Below, one piece after another: positions 31,141 to 32,000 of a DNA stretch of 32,000 nucleotides. This stretch comes from Nitrosopumilus sp. (GTDB lineage: Archaea; Thermoproteota; Nitrososphaeria; Nitrososphaerales; Nitrosopumilaceae), in NCBI GenBank assembly GCA_963662625.1, contig OY759726.1, forward strand, positions 1,507,446 to 1,539,445, written 5' to 3'. Numbering within the stretch: the first letter of the stretch is position 1; each line of letters begins with the position of its first letter. Both the position numbers and the translations under genes were made by a program. The notes below the pieces were generated by a model that did no database searches, was not told the origin of the DNA, and saw nothing but the letters and a program-made list of their open reading frames with translations.

Positions 31141-32000
31141 ACGGTATGACCCTGATGTCCGCCCCCGTGTCCTCCTTGATCCCCTCCTCGCACTCCGTCC
31201 TGCCGCACCACGGGGCCGAGACGAACCCGCCGGCAGCCACGGCCTCCTTGAGCTCCCCGTACCCCGACGCGCTCCTCTCCATGCCGGCGGCGCGCTCCCT
31301 GGCGGCCCCCAGCATCGCCCCCTGGATCTCCTCGAGCACCCGCGCCACCCCGCCGATCCCGGACAGCGGCACGTCCTCCTTCCCGCCGGTCCTCCTCGCC
31401 ACGACGGCGCTGCCCCTGGCCACGTCCCTGGGGCCTATCTCCACCCTGACCGGGACGCCCCTCATCTCCCAGTCGCTGAACTTGTACCCCGGGGTGAGGC
31501 CCTCCCTGGAGTCGACGCGGGCCCTGACGCCCGCCGCCTCCAGCGCGGCCCTCGCCCCCTCGGCCGCCGAGAGGACGCCCTCCCTCATGCTGCCGTCCCC
31601 GTGTATCGGTATTATGACGGCCTGGACGGGGGCGACCCTCGGGGGCAGGACCAGCCCCCTGTCGTCGCCGTGGACCATTATCATCGCGCCTATGAGCCTC
31701 CACGACACCCCCCACGACGTCTGCCACGCAAAGTGCTCCACGTTGTCCCTGTCGGCGAACTTTACCCCGAACGGGACCGAGAAGTTCTGCCCCAAAAAGT
31801 GCGACGTGCCCATCTGCAGCGCCCTGCCGTCGGGCATCACGGACTCCATCGTGGTGGTGTACACCGCGCCGACGAACTTCTCCTTCTCGCTCTTCCTCCC
31901 GACGGTCACCGGCACGGCCAGCTCCGACTCGACCGTGTCCCTGTACGCCTCCATGATCCCCGCGACCTCGGCCTCGGCCCCCTCGCGGTCGGCGTGGACG
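31058..32000 (-). CDS. proS: Prolyl-tRNA synthetase, archaeal/eukaryotic type; C-terminal ~310 aa (the 5' end lies beyond the window)
   Basis: 'DGRALQMGTSHFLGQNFS', 'WGVSWRLIGAMIMVHGDDRGLVLPP', anticodon-binding 'VQAVIIPI', a Zn-like 'CGRTECEE..CVRCG', and a terminal '..FARGY'. The reading frame stays open upstream of the track's Met (31954) to the window end. Confidence 0.9.
   Translation of the reverse strand, partial: VHADREGAEAEVAGIMEAYRDTVESELAVPVTVGRKSEKEKFVGAVYTTTMESVMPDGRALQMGTSHFLGQNFSVPFGVKFADRDNVEHFAWQTSWGVSWRLIGAMIMVHGDDRGLVLPPRVAPVQAVIIPIHGDGSMREGVLSAAEGARAALEAAGVRARVDSREGLTPGYKFSDWEMRGVPVRVEIGPRDVARGSAVVARRTGGKEDVPLSGIGGVARVLEEIQGAMLGAARERAAGMERSASGYGELKEAVAAGGFVSAPWCGRTECEEGIKEDTGADIRVIPFGSEDASSRCVRCGGASESVPVFARGY

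Noticed and set aside
28438-31954. Shadow ORFs over egtD/egtB/proS: 28679..30190- (503 aa), 29557..31149+ (530 aa), 31032..31727-, 28438..29145+, 30398..30892-.
   Set aside because: They overlap genes with unambiguous EgtD, EgtB and ProRS motifs on the other strand or frame, and are compositionally Arg/Pro/Gly-biased. This is a typical high-GC artefact.
1-32000. Search by eye for CRISPR arrays, tRNA, rRNA and other structured RNA genes (T-loop GGTTCGAATCC-like strings, RNase P 'GGAAAGTCC', regularly spaced 25-40 bp repeats).
   Set aside because: None was found. The only tandem repeats are the 11-bp x3 array, the 174-bp coding duplication and a G13 run. A computational scan (tRNAscan-SE, Infernal, CRISPR finders) would be needed to exclude them formally.

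Overview
The window looks archaeal. Evidence: TATA-like boxes sit about 26-27 nt upstream of many start codons (leaderless pattern), the prolyl-tRNA synthetase is archaeal-type, and a secreted nuclease carries a 'WWGQGLVSDSEFLGLVQFLV' motif that I recall from thaumarchaeal secreted proteins. A Cenarchaeum-like host is only a guess. All calls are made by eye from motifs in the ORF-track proteins; no database search was run.

Composition is strongly mosaic.
(1) 1-14.4 kb is an accessory 'graveyard'. It holds a very GC-rich IS110-like transposase fossil, an m5C methyltransferase + HNH endonuclease pair, two Vsr endonuclease genes and a PIN-domain protein. It also holds a frameshifted NPPY adenine-methyltransferase remnant, a nucleotidyltransferase-domain protein, a repeat-containing hypothetical, and two inverted IS3-like remnants that bracket that hypothetical and an SNase-like secreted nuclease.
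(2) 14.4-26.0 kb is a sharply low-GC island (about one third G+C in the one 60-nt line I counted). It carries a tightly coupled seven-gene minus-strand operon: NurA-like nuclease, HerA-like ATPase, a 1424-aa P-loop protein, an ArcS-like DUF5591 protein, a TGT/DpdA-like transglycosylase, a single-HKD PLD nuclease and an AAA ATPase. A convergent winged-helix protein lies beside it. This is my candidate for an undescribed base-exchange (7-deazaguanine-type) modification/defence system.
(3) 26.4-28.4 kb holds a solitary OLD-family ATPase-Toprim nuclease of intermediate GC.
(4) 28.7-32 kb is high-GC core: egtD, egtB and a partial proS.

I found no CRISPR array, tRNA or rRNA.
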